NCBI GenBank assembly: GCA_951406725.2
Contig: OX597826.1
Location: 52,576,001 to 52,640,000, forward strand
Direction: 5' to 3'
DNA length: 64,000 nt
Origin: Octopus vulgaris
Taxonomy: Eukaryota
Part shown: positions 41,909-56,065 of the stretch, piece after piece
Position numbering within the stretch: position 1 is the stretch's first letter
Layout: every line of letters starts with the position of its first letter
The notes under the pieces: model-generated
Told to the model about the DNA's origin: nothing
Seen by the model: only the letters and a program-made list of their open reading frames with translations
Databases searched by the model: none
Translations under genes and position numbers: made by a program

Positions 41909-44224
41909 CTGTGTGTGTGTGCGCGTATGTGCGTATGTGTGTTTGCATGCACATACACATGCAATTCATTTGCGTAGGTAATTTGTTCTCAGAGAGGAAA
42001 GCATCATTTAAAATCGTTCTAAATATTCAGCTTTGTTCCATACTTTTGTATAAATACTCTCTCCCTCTCCGTCTTTCTCGCTCACTCTTTATAAATATAT
42101 TGTTGTGTGTGAGTGACTGTGTATGTGTATGTGTGTGAGTGTATGTGTGTGTGTGTCAACATACACACACAGATGCACATGCACACTAACACGCACGCAC
42201 AAGCACACGCATATATATAGAGAGACACAGACACGAACATAGCATCAGTATGGACATCACTTATAAAGTGTAGCTCGCTAGTTACCATGGCAGTTTCCGG
42301 GAAATGAGAAGGGATTTTACAAGAACGTATCGCAATAGTGTTTTCTTTATTGCTTTCTAGATTCTCGTTGACAGGAAGTTTCTGAATGTTTTTAAAGCCT
42401 TGCTGCTGTCAGATTTTCTATCGCTATTATTAGTCCACACTTGAGCGAAACAATTAGCTACACAACACAAACAACATCGTCATCATCATCATCAGCAGCA
42501 GCAGCAGAAGCAACAACAACAACAACAACAACAGTGACGATGACAACCACGACAATTGTGACTTGAAAATATAAATCGTAATAAAGTCGCATAAACAAAT
42601 GAAATCTTCAGCATACGTGTTTGGAAGTCTTTAGTGTTAAAATGTTTGCTTTGTCTTCGTTGGGGTTGAATATCTCGTCGCCAATAAAGTTATGTCAACG
42701 TTGGGGTGTGCACAAGGGTGTAGGAATAGTATTTCCCAAATAAATATTTGGATATGGTTATCTAGAATAACCTTTCGCTGACTTAGTATGTTCACGCAGA
42801 ACGTACTCCGTATTCCGCCAAACGTAGGTACGATATCAAACTAAATATCCGATATGAACGACCAGCGCGGTCAACTGCTACCTATCAACTGCCGAATGTC
42901 AACTCGACAGTTCTTTTTTATTGTATTGAAATTCATCAGTCCACTTTTAGTCACGTGGATCCTCCCATAACTTCTCCCCTTTTTGAGAATTAACCTCCTT
43001 CCAGAGTTTTAATATCTCTTACGGTTAGCTTTTAATTCCAGTATTTCTGTTCTTTTCCTTTTTGTGTACTTGAACGTGTAGTTTCAATTTGTTTGGCTAT
43101 TGGCACCTCAAACGTATCGTAAAATACTTCCATAGGGATTTCATCACCCGTGACTGTTTCTTCCGTACATGTTTTTTAAAGTTGGTTTATATGCCATTTA
43201 TGTTCGACTGTGTTTCATTTTACCAAGAATAACATTTCTCTAATTTGTTTTCACTGTTCTCCCAGCTTTCTTTACCATATCCATACAATTTTAAAAACTT
43301 TCTCGCCTAACTTGAAGAATTTTGGTGTATATTTGTTGTTTGCCACATTTCTATTTTTACTCGGTATCAACTTATCAAAGACGGATCTGATCTTCCCAGC
43401 AAACAAGTGCGGCTGGAATTACGACACTTTGTACGTACATAAAAACATTATCACAAATCGAGAGCAGGTTCGAATTTGTGTCGCGTTCAGCAAAACGATA
43501 TTTTTATTGCTTTATCCCTCAGCATTTCTTTCCCTTTTTAAAATGAATTGGTTGTTTTCCGATTTTAATTTTATGTTTTGAAATGTAATTGGTAGTTCAC
43601 GTATGATATTACGCAAAACATCTTTTTTGCTCACAACGCAGCAAACACGGTATCCTGAAACGGTTCATTATTTTTCAAAATCAGTCTTGATAAACAATCA
43701 GCGTGTCCTAATTTCTTATATGGTATAAACTTCACCTTAAAATCATGGTTTAGTAATATAGCACCCCAGCCTTACAACATGTTAGCATTATGGGTAAGGA
43801 TTCCTTTCTTCGACTCATACATAGATAATACCGGACGATGATGTAGTCTAAATTTTCTACCGTGTAAAAATCTATGAAAGTTTTTTACGGCAAAATAATC
43901 GCAAGTGCCTCTTTTTCAATTTGGCAGCAGTTTCTTTCTGCTGATATCAGAAAACGTGAGGCATAAAACGCGGGCTTCATGTCACCATCTTTATATTTAT
44001 GTAGCATTACTGCTCCTATACCATACTCAGGGGCGTCTGACGCTACTACAATCTCAGTTGTCAATTATCTTTAACTTCGTCAAACCCCTTTTGGCAATTT
44101 TGAGACCAATTCCACTTTACATCTTCTTTTAGCAGATTATTTAGAGGAGATCTTACCTTACGCATATTTGGTATATAATTTTGATAATAGTTTTCAAGTC
44201 ACAAAAATGTTTGTATGGTAGATA

Positions 44225-44284
44225 TATTTCCATTATTTCCATTATTTACATTTGACTGATATTTGTCCTCATCTTGTTTGTTGT

Positions 44285-44340
<56 letters not shown>

Positions 44341-44555
44341 CAACATCTTGTTTGTTGTCATAATAATAATAACATCGAAAAATACCTTAAGAATGAGAAC
44401 ACAGGTTCGAAATTTCCCCAAGACACCTGATGAAGGCTGGAGGGTATATCAGCCGAAACTTTGTGTTAACAACAGACAAGATGAGGACAAATATCCGTCA
44501 AATGTAAATAATGTACATAATGTACATAATTCCTCATCTCTTAAATATAGAACTG
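44225..44555 (+). mobile_element. Small PLE-pLTR-like insertion with inverted arm, (AAT)n and HHR
   Basis: 44238-44287 inverted at 44467-44515; lies inside the Gypsy remnant. Confidence 0.75.
44423..44466 (+). ncRNA. Minimal type I HHR
   Basis: ACAC-CTGATGA-A-GGCTG-GAGGGTATAT-CAGCC-GAAA-CT-TT-GTGT. Confidence 0.8.
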
Positions 44556-45597
44556 TAGATATATTTGTTGGAGGGGACATATTTTAAATCACATTTTCCC
44601 TGTGTGGATATGGTCAGCGTCCATTTTAATTAATGATATGCCCTAGATATTTAATTTAAGGTAAGAAAAATTCACGCTTCCCCTCAAGTGAAGCCGTAAT
44701 CCCTTATTGTTTCGAACACATTTTATATGCTCGACATGCTGATCACCCTATTCACTTTTAATTGATATACCATCCAGATATGCTATCGCGAAGTCACACT
44801 CTGCAAGCATCAAATATAGCCGGAGCAACTTTTATGTCAAACGGAAGCCGGTTAAACTTGCACAGACCTTTATGTGTATTGGTTATTAGTAGCTAAGAAT
44901 ATTCGCCTTCCACTTGTATCTGTAAGTAGGCATCAGACAGATAAAATTTTGAGAACAATTTACCACCATTTAATGTCAAGAATATTACCTCTGGACGAGG
45001 TAATGGGTAGTTATACTGTTTTAAACAGTCATTTAATTCCGTCGAGAAATCTGAAAAAACACGTATTTCATTGTTCTTTTTAACGTATATTGTTGGACTT
45101 GCCCAATCTGAATAATCTATCTCTTCAATCTCTCCAATTTTTTTCCAGTCTGTCTAATTCCTGTTTTACCTGTTTGAGTGCTGCAAACGGTACATTATAT
45201 TTGGGTTCGAAAACTGGTAATGTATTTTCTTTCCCCTGAAATTTGGTTTTGAATTTATTACACCGACCCATCTTGACCGGGAAAACATCACAAGACAACC
45301 TTCTCACTTCCTTCTTTAAACTTTCTGACCCTGTATTTGAACTGGTGCACGACCCCATTACATTTTTGCAAAAATTATTTATGGGTAAATCCCACGAGCT
45401 GAACATTTCCATTCAATCAGTTCAAAAAGGTTACTTGTATTTTAATACATAATTTTTCGTTTTTATAGACTTACGGCGAAATATAATGATACAAATAATT
45501 TCGCCTTTAAAAATAAATTTAATTCCCGAGAAACCACGGGCAGTTTTCGATGTTTTCTGCAGTGTAGGTTTCCCGATTTTTTCCATGTGTTTTCATT

Positions 45598-45676
45598 AAT
45601 TAAAGTAATGTTACTTATTTCTTTATTACCCACTAGGGGCGACACAGAGGGGGACACCAATTAAAGTAATGTTACT
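45598..45676 (-). mobile_element. 43-bp SINE 3'-end insertion with 18-bp target-site duplication
   Basis: AATTAAAGTAATGTTACT at 45598-45615 and 45659-45676; insert resembles 5808-5850. Confidence 0.85.
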
Positions 45677-46630
45677 ACCTGTATCTAACTGTAATTTTAC
45701 ATTTGTATTATTAATTTTTACATACACAAATTTCCATTGAAACATGCTCGTATTTCTTGTCACTGATGAATTGTTTACATGATTTTTTTTCTGTTGAACT
45801 GTTTTCTAGGTTTTGTTTTACAGTGCGATTTTTTCATCGTACCGCACTTGAAGCATTTTCAATTTTTATAAGGACAGTTGATTCTGTAGTGTAATTCTCC
45901 ACATCCAAAAGACGGGTTAATTTTCATTACTTCGTATGTTTGTATATTGTATATGTGAGTTAATTATTTTCTTTTCATTTCTTACATGCGGTCGTTCTGA
46001 TTGTATATGAGAGCAGGGAGCAGGTTCTCACAGCAATTTGTACGGTAGCGTGCATTAGGTTTATTATTATCTGGTATTCCTCAGATATTTATTGTAGTGT
46101 TAGCTTCTGATTCTGCTCTAATTTAATCAGAATTCGGTTACGAATGTCTGCGTCTTTCTTTGCCGTTAACCCTTGCACAAAGATTAAACATTTAAACATA
46201 TCTGGTGTTAGCTCATTAATTTTAAATATTTCGCATTCCCTATTGACGATTCTAGCATATGTAATAAAATCTTTGTCCTCTGTTTTTGTAATATTTATGC
46301 ATTGCTAGCGCGTATTAAACAAAAAAAGATTTTCTCGCTGAAAATCTTTGAAAGAGCGCCAATAGTTACTTTAAAATAGACTTCGCCCGGTCTCTTCGTT
46401 AATATATAGTTGCAATATTTTCCGTGCCCGGTTGGGGCCAACTTTCTTAACAAAAGCCGTTTTTTTTTCTCAACTTACCAGCCCGAGTACTCTTCTTTAA
46501 AAACATCCTCATACCTTCTGCAGTACGCAGAAAAAGTGATATCCTCATCCAAATGGAATTTCCGACCGTATCAGGGGTATATGAAGTTGATGTGTTTCTG
46601 TTTTGTTGGGTAACAGCTGTATATATATAT

Positions 46631-47175
46631 ATAATGAAGGAGACGGAAAATTGGGAATACGACTGTGTTTATTAACCACTACATTTGTTTCGTCCTATCA
46701 AGCATCGATCCCTCATGCGTGGGATACTGAACTGCTTTAGTAGTATCCGACGTTGTAAATGTTGTATATATCCATCTCTGTTAACGGTTTTTCGCTGTAT
46801 TGTGTATTCGTTACTTTTTGCATCTGGTATTTATTATTGATCTTATAAAGAAATGAAGCTGTATCCTTTAATTCGCCGTCTTATATAACACAAACCGAGA
46901 CGATATCTTGCAGAACAATCGTTATTTTAACGGGATACATTATTCAATCACTTGAAGAGACACATTTACAACGTCGGATACTACTAAAGCAGTTCAGTAT
47001 CCCACGCATGAGGGATCGATGCTTGATAGGACGAAACAAATGTAGTGGTTAATAAACACAGTCGTATTCCCAATTTTCCGTCTCCTTCATTATTTAGATA
47101 CCCAAAGAACACTGTGAAAATGAACGTGTTTGCCCGGGAACCTATGAGTGTGTATACCACACGATGTATTATCTA
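46631..47175 (+). mobile_element. PLE-pLTR-like element with perfect 132-bp inverted repeat and degenerate HHR
   Basis: 46631-46762 is the exact reverse complement of 46962-47093; AATCAC-TTGAAGA...GGAC-GAAAC-AAAT-GTA-GTGGTT. Confidence 0.75.
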
Positions 47176-49209
47176 ATATATCTAAGCTTATGTACACATG
47201 CACATATTATATATAAAGGGACCAACCTTGTCATATTTTGTGTGAGGCTGAATCTGCCTGAGAACCACGTTAATGTTATGCATATCTGTGGAGTACTCAG
47301 CTATTTGTGAGTTAATTTTATCCTCGTGTAGTAATGAAAGGTGAAATCTACAGCCAATATTTGTTGTGTCTATGATCCCATATATGAACTTTTCTCTGGA
47401 TTTATGTATCTACTGTCTCTCTCACTTTCTATCTTTCTCTTTCACCTCCTTTGAGTCCCTCTTCTCTCTCGCTTTTCATTTAATAATCTGTATATGGATC
47501 TACTTCTCTTGCGATGTGACAAACGTTTAAAAGCACAAAACGAACGCCGTCACCATTCACTGTTTCATTCTCTTTCTCTCTCACTATCTCACTTTCTCTC
47601 TTACTCCCCCTTTCTCTCTCATTCTCTCTTTCTCTCTTACTTCCTCTCTGTCCTCTTTTCTCTCGCTTTGCCACTTCTTTGAAGTAAGTGTGACGCACAC
47701 AACAGGTACGTACAAGAACAAGTTAGCGTATTAATATTATTGATAAGATTAGAAGCACGTACGTGTTCTGCAATTTCTAATAATGACATACATTTACTAA
47801 CTTTAGCAAGATGAAACAATCGATAACTTGAATTACTTTGTGACTGGTACATATTTTATCAACCACAGGAAGATGAAAGTCAAAAGGAAATTTAAAACAA
47901 AAAAAGGTAAAAATTACCCCAAGTGTAATTTGAGCAGATGTATGGCACGTGACTATAAAACGATCAACATTATGAGCGCCAAATATGCGAATCTGCCATT
48001 AACTACCCTTGTCTGTGTTTTCTTTAAGATATATATCTTGCGTCATATTTTAATTAGCTGCTTCAATTCTTTTGCCGAGACACGAATTCCTTATGTGGAA
48101 AAACTTTTATATGAATACACATCAAGCTATCTACAAGTAATTCATCCACACTTCATAATCTATGATGCTGTGAAAGGTAACACTCCCTTAGATGAGATAG
48201 GTCTAGAGCTCTACTAGTTGACTTCCTTTTCTGTACATGCTTTTAAAATAATCATTTAAATGTATTTTCCATTTGCACATTTTATTATTTTATTATTTTT
48301 CCTGGTATTGTTTAGAGCAGTTTAAGCTGCATTTATTATCCAGTATTGTGGAATCGAGTATAAGGTTAAATAATGTCTTAATACATACTTTAATTCTCCA
48401 TATATTTACATTTATTTTCAGTTCTTTTGATACTTTGGTTCAAAAAGCAATTATTCGTTGAATATTAATGAAAGAAGCGACTCGTTATCTGTTGCAATCT
48501 TACTCATAAATAATGAGGACAGACAGACACATTGTATCTTACTGGATTAGAAAGTGGGTTATTTTCTATATTCACTTTCGAGACTGGACTCGTTCTGTTA
48601 TAGACTAAACTAATACAAATTAATTTCAAGTTTTATATAAGTTTAAACAGAAAATCATATACTTACATGCATATGTGTGTATATGTATTTATCAATACAC
48701 ATACAAGCACAAACACACATTTACATACTCACACACAGACACTCATGCATATATGTATGCATGTAAGTTTGTGTATACGTGCATGTATCTGTGTGTGAAA
48801 GATTAAAATTCAAACAACAGGAAAAGCATTTGTTTTGTTGTCAGCAACACATTAATGAGTTGTGACAAGAAGTTAAGTTGTGATGAAATCCTAGAGAATT
48901 TCGTTGCTCATATTTCAAATACTTTGTACTAACAACAATTTATCTTAATTTAAAATGTATTCCACTTCGAACCAACGTGTGCCTTTGCTTGGTAAACGGA
49001 GAGTATACGTTATCAAAATCAATGATGAAATAAAATAATGATAAACGATATATATTTTTTTAATATTCTGATATTTTTCCAAGTATCCTGTTTTATACGG
49101 TCTCAAGCAATTACAAAAAGCCCACCCGCCGCCATATATATATATATATACGTATGTATGTATGTCTGCATGCATGTATCTATCTATAATATATATACGT
49201 GTGGTGTGT

Positions 49210-49280
<71 letters not shown>

Positions 49281-49282
<2 letters not shown>

Positions 49283-49670
49283 CGCAGAAGTGGCTGTGTG
49301 GTAAGTAGCTTGCTTACTAACAACATGGTTCCGGGTTCAGTCCCACTGCGTGGCACCTTGGGCGAGTGTTTTCTACTATAGCTTTGGGCCGACCAAAGCC
49401 TTGATTTGGTAGACGGAAACTGAAGGAAGCCCGTCGTATATATATATGTATGTGTGTGTATATGTTTGTGTGTCTGTGTCCCACCAACATCGCTTGACCA
49501 CCGATGCTGGTGTGTTTACGTCCCCGTAACTTAGCGTTTTGGCAAAAGAGGCCGATAGAATAAGTACTAGGCTTACAAAGAATAAGTCCTGGGGTCGATT
49601 TGCTCGACTAAAGGCAGTGCTCCAGCATAGCTGCAGTAAAATGACTGAGACAAGTAAAAGAGTAAAAAGA
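49281..49670 (+). mobile_element. tRNA-derived SINE, full length
   Basis: GGCGCAGAAGTGGCTGTGTGGTAAG (A box), GGTTCAGTCCC (B box), tail AAGTAAAAGAGTAAAAAGAG. Confidence 0.9.
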
Positions 49671-49674
49671 GAGA

Positions 49675-50110
49675 GTTTATATAAAGGAATACCTAAAATG
49701 GGACAAGAACGCAAAATTTCCAAACAGTTCGAAGATACAAAAAAGGGACAATAAAACATCCAGACAGACGATGCAAAAAAAAAACAAGGACGGGTCATTC
49801 GGAATTTTCTTTCTTCAGTCGAGTTCCAAATAATCTTTGCAATTTCGGCTGCTTATACACGAGATTGCTCCAGTCTGGCCAGCATCAAGGAAAAACTAAG
49901 CTAAGAGCACTAGAAACCGTGGAAGAAAGCAGCGAATGTATACGATAGCAAAGACGAAAAGAAACGGAGAAATGGTACAAAAATACAAATGTGAATGAAG
50001 GATATTAACAACAGATGTCCTTCGACTAAGGACGAATTAAATTAAGCTGGCGCGTGTGGAAGTGAAGCCTTACGGCAAGGACATATTAGATGACAGGCAT
50101 AGAGAGGAAT
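49675..50110 (-). mobile_element. Diverged PLE pLTR remnant (family of 53325-53700 and 54160-54375)
   Basis: Shared blocks TGGGACAAGAACG, GCAATTTCGGCTG, GAGAT.GCTCC, CAAGGAAAA, GAGCA.TAGA. Confidence 0.7.
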
Positions 50111-50478
50111 ATAGATGTTGCAAGGATGCATGCATGCATACATACATACATACATACATACATACATACATACATACAACTGTACTGTCTGTGTGTAAGG
50201 CCTCCGTCGGTCAAAGGTCGTCATGCAATGAGCAAGCGTGAGTAAATTTTTACGACGAAGGCTCACATTTGTCCTTGCCTGCACACATGGGACCAGAATC
50301 ACCGTAGGCGTTAATGTCTGAGCAGAAATTCCCGAAAGATATACTACAATTGTTTTGCCAGTCCACCGACTGGATTTTTTTCATGTTTGTTGAACTCGAA
50401 AATATGAAATATATATATATATATATATATGTAGAAAGTAAAAATACTTGTTTAAACCTGCGTTAACTCCATTTTGTA

Positions 50479-50611
<133 letters not shown>

Positions 50612-50619
50612 CATTGTGG

Positions 50620-50725
50620 ATGCGCAATGGACCAGTGGTTAGGACGGCAGACTCGCCGTCGGAGGATCGTGGTTTCGATTCCCAGACCGGGCGTTGCGTG
50701 TGTTTAACGAGCGAAGACACCTAAA
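50620..50725 (+). mobile_element. tRNA-derived SINE head
   Basis: TGGACCAGTGGTTAGG (A box) and GGTTTCGATTCCC (B box); same family as 55741. Confidence 0.8.
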
Positions 50726-50899
50726 GCTCCACGAGGCTCCAGGGTGCATAAAAAAATATGACATTGCACACAACTGGAAATCTGTTATGCGTGCGTAAAG
50801 AAATTCATTTGTTAAAATTAATGAAAATGGATTTCGCAACCGTTGGTTTTGCAGGAGAAGTGAACTTATACACAAATATACACAAATATTGTTGAACTT

Positions 50900-52330
50900 C
50901 TCCTAAAGGTAAACATCGCACTCTATATTGCAGCTGATAAATAACATAAGGCTTCACAGAAATAGTTAAGTGATGCTGTTGTCGATCACCAAATTACAAC
51001 ATGTATGTTAAACATTAAGCGACAGAGAAATATAACATCAGGAATCTTGACTTCAAAACAATATTGTGTAAGTTTTAAAGGAAGTTTGAGATGTGATGTT
51101 TGCTGTTTACAGACCTAAGAGAGGGAAAAGAGTTGATAGTTGGATTTATATCAAATGTAGAATGTTATTAGAACAGTGGAAAAGGAGTGAGAAAATTAAC
51201 TCTTGGTAGCAGATGACTAAGACGGAAAGTAGAATTCCAAATTAAATGTGAGACATGATACACCACAGGAAGAAATACAACTGAATTTCAAACGAAACGA
51301 GAAATAAAGAGAAGAATATTAGATTACTTTGTGAATCTATTAAATATATTACAGGCTTGGCAAGGAAAAACAGTGTTCACGATTAGAGAAACAGGTGAAA
51401 TTGCTGACTAAAGAAAAACGCACCAAAACTAAACAGAAAGGACACTTTGAAACAATAATAAACAAATTAATTTTACAAATTAATAAAAGTTTCCCAAATG
51501 AATGCAATCTGGACATCGAAACGGGAGAGGAATCACATTAGTTGAAATGACAAGAGCTGTAAAAGCAATTTCTCATTCATAATGCACCGCATGTTGCATG
51601 TATGGTCCCCAAGCTGGTAAAAAATAAAACAATCATAACAGCAGATGTGTACAAATAACTTTTTACTTGCACTTGGAGAAGACGTGATGATAGAATGGAA
51701 AGGTAATTGAAATATGAAATTTAAAAAATCTCACTCGAATTCGGGAAATGGAAAGAGATCCCTCCGTTACTTTTTTTCGCAGAAAAAAATTTATACAGAA
51801 TTGAACCAAAGGTCGAGGAGATTCTGTGAAACTTCGAATTCAGTCTTCAGTATATTATGATACTACTAATTTGAATAATTATGTATAATTACCGAGAGTG
51901 TTAAGTCTCATTTTACTCAAGTTCATTTCACTTAACTTTGTTAATATTCCTAAGGAAGACATAAACATTGTAAACAACTTCTTTCCCTGTTTATGAAGAA
52001 GAAAAAGGAAAAATATACCCCAAACATGTGGTTTACTCTGGTGAATATATAGCCTCCTGTTGATTCGAATGTTACTGACCTTTTATCTAGTATCTGAAAT
52101 CTGAAGTGTTAATTTGTCTATCGTCGTTTCACCAGTTGACTTTTAAAATTGTTTTAACATATTTAAACTTCAATTCTAAACGGAATGAAATGGGTTAAAG
52201 CGTGAATTCTATATCCTGTTCCCTGGAATCAACCTGTTTACAACCCACACAACTTGTGTAATTAAATAGCTGTTGTATTGCCACTTTTACGAGAGTAGAT
52301 TGCCAATACTATGTAAAAGTATTTCGTTTG
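50900..52330 (+). mobile_element. Very decayed RTE-like LINE remnant
   Basis: Fragments LDIETG..MTRAVKA..NAP..MVPKLVK..EWKG resemble the pre-RT region of RTE elements; heavily disrupted. Confidence 0.35.
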
Positions 52331-53003
52331 CAAAGCGGTAGTTTTTCCCATAGAGAAAGTTGAACTCAGTACACTGCACTAACAAAACACATGTGAAGAT
52401 TATATTGTGGATAAATGTATTGAATTTATATCAATTCATTACATAAAAGTAAATTCATGCACACAAATATGCACATGCAAGTATATTAATAGACATCTGG
52501 TCTTGTGCGAAAATTTGAAACCAATATTTATTGACATCTATCTTTCTGCCTACTCATCTCACTCATCAAAGTTACTTAATTCTCATTCAACTTCCTGACA
52601 TTACACCCCCACCCCATTTTATTGCTCGACCTATTTGCAGGCATTCAAGATAAAACCGAAGCCCATATCCCAACTATCATATTCTACTCTTCTTCATTTC
52701 CTCAAATATGTGTAATATGAAAGTAAGAATATAATATTTATATTATAGTTAAAAGGGAAACAAGGTGGGAGTTCTGTGGTGCAGTTGGTATGTTAATCGA
52801 TGTTGGGTACACATTTCAGTTTCACCGTTGAAATTGCTGAGATGTTTTCTGTTTCACGTTAGTGGAGGTAATGAGGATGTCTTTCTCACCGTGCTCGTCA
52901 TTGTTGATAACGATAAATGATAAAGATTACAAAATAAAATAATACGTTAAGAAATGAATGAGTGGCAGATCATATACATGCTTAAATATATTTTTCTAAA
53001 CAT

Positions 53004-53148
53004 GAGGCAGCGAGCTGGCAGAAACGTTAGCGCGCCGGGCGAAACGCTTAGCGGTATTTTGTCTGTCGTTATGTTCTGAGTTCAAATTCCGCCGAGGTTG
53101 ACTTTGCCTTTCATCCTCTCGGGGTCGATAAATAAAGTACCAGTTACA
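53004..53148 (+). mobile_element. SINE 5' part
   Basis: GGCAGCGAGCTGGCAGAAACGTTAGCGCGCCGGGCGAAA...GAGTTCAAATTCCGCCGAGG; family of 19285. Confidence 0.85.
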
Positions 53149-53164
53149 CACATTATCATATGTA

Positions 53165-55735
53165 TCTATTTTCTCCTCCTCCTTTTCTCTTTTCTTGCCT
53201 CTGATTCTTTGGTCTACTCTTCCCCCACTCTCTCACATTTCTCTGTCTTTCTCACTTTGCACCTCAATGATTCTGTCGCCAAGCCAATCCTTGGCACGCT
53301 CTCTTTCTTCTCCCCTCTTTAATTGTAGAAAAATACAAACTGGGACAAGAACGTAAAACATTTAGAAGACGATACTAGCAACACGGACGGGACATTCGAA
53401 GCCTTCAATCTTCCGTCAAGAACCGGATCATCCTCGCAATTTCGGCTGATTAATCTTGAGATCGCTCCGATCCGGCCAGCTCCAAGGAAAATCTAAGCTC
53501 CGAGCATTAGATTTCTTGGAAAAAGGATCGAATGTGTACGAAACAAGGACAGAAAAACGGACGATGCCACACGAATATAAATACAAAAAACAATAATAGT
53601 AATAACAGGACAAAAACAGCGGGTGTCTTACGACTAATAGACAGTACAACTTAGTTTAGCTGGCGTATTACGACTAATAGACAGTACAACTTAGTTTAGC
53701 CGAAAGTTTGGTTGACCAGCGGTCACGTGAGAGGAGAAGAGAGAGAAAAGAAAGGGGGTAAAGGAATCAAAGAGAGAGAGAAAAAGAAGGACGAAGGCAC
53801 CAAAGGGGGGAGAAGAGAGAGAAAGAAGGAATTAAAGAGGGGAGAAGAAAGAGAGCGTGCCAAGGATTGGCTTGGCGACAAAATCAGTGAGGTGCAAAGT
53901 GAGAAGGACAGAGAAATGTGAGAGAGTGGGGGAAGAGTAGACCAAAGAATCAGAGGCAAGAAAAGAGAAAGGGAGGAGGAGAAGTAGCGAGAGAGAGAGA
54001 GAGAGAGAGAGAAAGAGACAGATCAAAGTAGAGTGCAAAGTGTGAAAGGCAGAGAAATGTAGGAGAGAGAGACAGTGTTATAGAGTCGTACCAAATTTAA
54101 AGGAATATGTACATACATACAAGGCCAAAGAGGGTATGGGCGTCGCTATATATATTATATGTAGAAAAATACAAACTGGGACAAGAACGTAAAACATTTA
54201 GAAGACGATACAAAAAACACGGACGGGACATTCGAAGCCTTCAATCTTCAGTCAAGAACCGGATCATCCTTGCAATTTCGGCTGATTAATCTTGAGATCG
54301 CTCCGATCCGGCTAGCCCCAAGGAAAAACGAAGCTCCGAGCATTAGATTTCTTGGAAAAAGGATCGAATGTATATATGCGTATGTATGTCTGTTTCGATG
54401 TATGCACCCCATTTTCTCCAGCCCACCCTTGTCCTCCTTTAAATGCGCCCGTAACCTACACGATCTACTGATCCGTATCATCTTCTCCTCTTCCCCCTAG
54501 TCTCAAACGGATCCTTCCCTTGCTCTAGATCCCGCTGCCAACACCACCTCCTTCACTGGATCCCACTATCACACTCTCCACATTAGAAACTCCTCCTACA
54601 GCTCTTCAAGCATTACCTATTGCATTAGATGTAATCTCTGTAATACACTCTGCGCACGAACAACCCCGTCGCACGTCATTTCTGCTTGGCCGACCAATCT
54701 ACCGCTGATATCTCAGTTTTTGGCCTCGCTCTGCACCACGGATCTATACACTCACGACTCCGCCAGGAACAGCGTTACATTTTCAGTCTACACACACAAA
54801 TTCCTTTCGAACTCAGCACAACCCATCCTCTTAACGACTGTCTCTACAAACTCCTTAAAAAGAACTTTTTGTTTTATTTTAGTTTATTTTATCTTATCTT
54901 ATCCTCCCTTATACCACTTACTTTTTTACAGAGTCAGTCTTTTTTCGATTTGTTATCGTTTTCTTTCTGTCGAATTGTTTAACCTTTTAATTGCATTCAT
55001 TTTTTTTATAATAGTATTAATTTGATCCCTTTAATTTTAATTATTTTATTTTTTACTTTTTATCTTGTATCTGTTATTTTTGCAATTTTTATTCATTTTT
55101 ATATTTTTACATCTTCTACCCTTCCCCCTTTCCCTCCTTTTTATCGATTTTTAAAATTATATTATATTTTATTTCTGTATACACACATACATGCACACAC
55201 GTACATATACACACACGCACAAATACACGCACACGCGCACACACGTGCACACAACACACATACATGCACATACACACACACACACACATACATGTACACA
55301 CACATACACACACGCACATGCACACGCACACACGCGCATACACACACATGCACACGCACACACGCGCATACACACACACATGCACACGCACACACGCGCA
55401 TACACACACATGCACACAGGAACACACATATACCTCCACACACACACACAGAAAGCCACACACACACTCACATACACACACGCTCATACACACACGCACA
55501 AATACACACATACGCATGCATACATACCATACGCACACACACATGAAAGCACATGTACCTCACATATACCTACCACATGTTTTGCTGGTTGCACTTTTCT
55601 ATACATCCGGCCAAGTGATACAGGCATCTCTCAAGCCATTGTGGTTTTCGGTCCTCCTCTCTTTCTTTTACCTTCTGCTGGTGTCCTTTTGAAACCTATT
55701 TTAATCTGGAATAAATGCTCTTAGCTTAGACTTTT
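53165..55735. mobile_element. Rearranged Neptune-like PLE cluster: inverted 3' UTR pieces, two minus-strand pLTRs and a plus-strand GIY-YIG remnant
   Basis: 53172-53324 inverted at 53830-53982; 53325-53535 repeated at 54160-54372; 54405-54830 encodes FSSPPLSSFKCARNLHDLLIR..ITYCIRCNLC..ISVFGLALHHGSIHSRLRQEQRYIFSLHT, homologous to the 14514 element. Confidence 0.8.
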
Positions 55736-55740
55736 TGTGG

Positions 55741-56065
55741 AGGTACAATGGCCCAGTGGTTAGGGCAGCGGACTCGTGGTCGTGGGATCGCGGTTTCGAT
55801 TCCCAGATGTAGATGTTTATTGAGCGAAGATACCTAAAATCTCTTTCACCACAACCTTCTCTCACTCTTCCTGTTTCTGTTGTACTTTTATTTCAAAGGG
55901 CCAGCCTTGTCACACACTGTGTCACGCTGACTCTCCCCTATATACGTTAAGGGTACATGTGTCTATGCAGTGCTCAACCAATTACACGTTAATTTTACGA
56001 GCAAGCTGTTCCGTTGATCGGATCAAGTGGAACCTTCGACGTCATAACCGACGGAGTGCCACGAT
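55741..56065 (+). mobile_element. tRNA-derived SINE (internally deleted)
   Basis: TGGCCCAGTGGTTAGGGCAGCGGACTCG...GGTTTCGATTCCC head plus body; related body fragment at ~47215-47320. Confidence 0.85.

Larger units (their letters stand above)
42557..46615 (-). mobile_element. Decayed Ty3/Gypsy LTR retrotransposon (K02A2.6-like gag-pol) with putative 3' LTR ~42557-42972
   Basis: Protease LQLDTGS; PVFEPKYNVPFAALKQVKQELDRLE; IDYSDWASPTIYVKK..DFSTELNDCLKQYNYPLPRPE..LNGGKLFSKFYLSDAYLQI..FNRLPF; PPT-like AAAAAGGGGAGA at ~42973-42984. LTR limits approximate. Confidence 0.85.

Noticed and set aside
53390-53490. HHR in the 53-54 kb and 49.8 kb pLTR family (minus strand GCCGAAATTGC)
   Set aside because: GAAA and a partial stem are present but no consistent core or stem I could be built.
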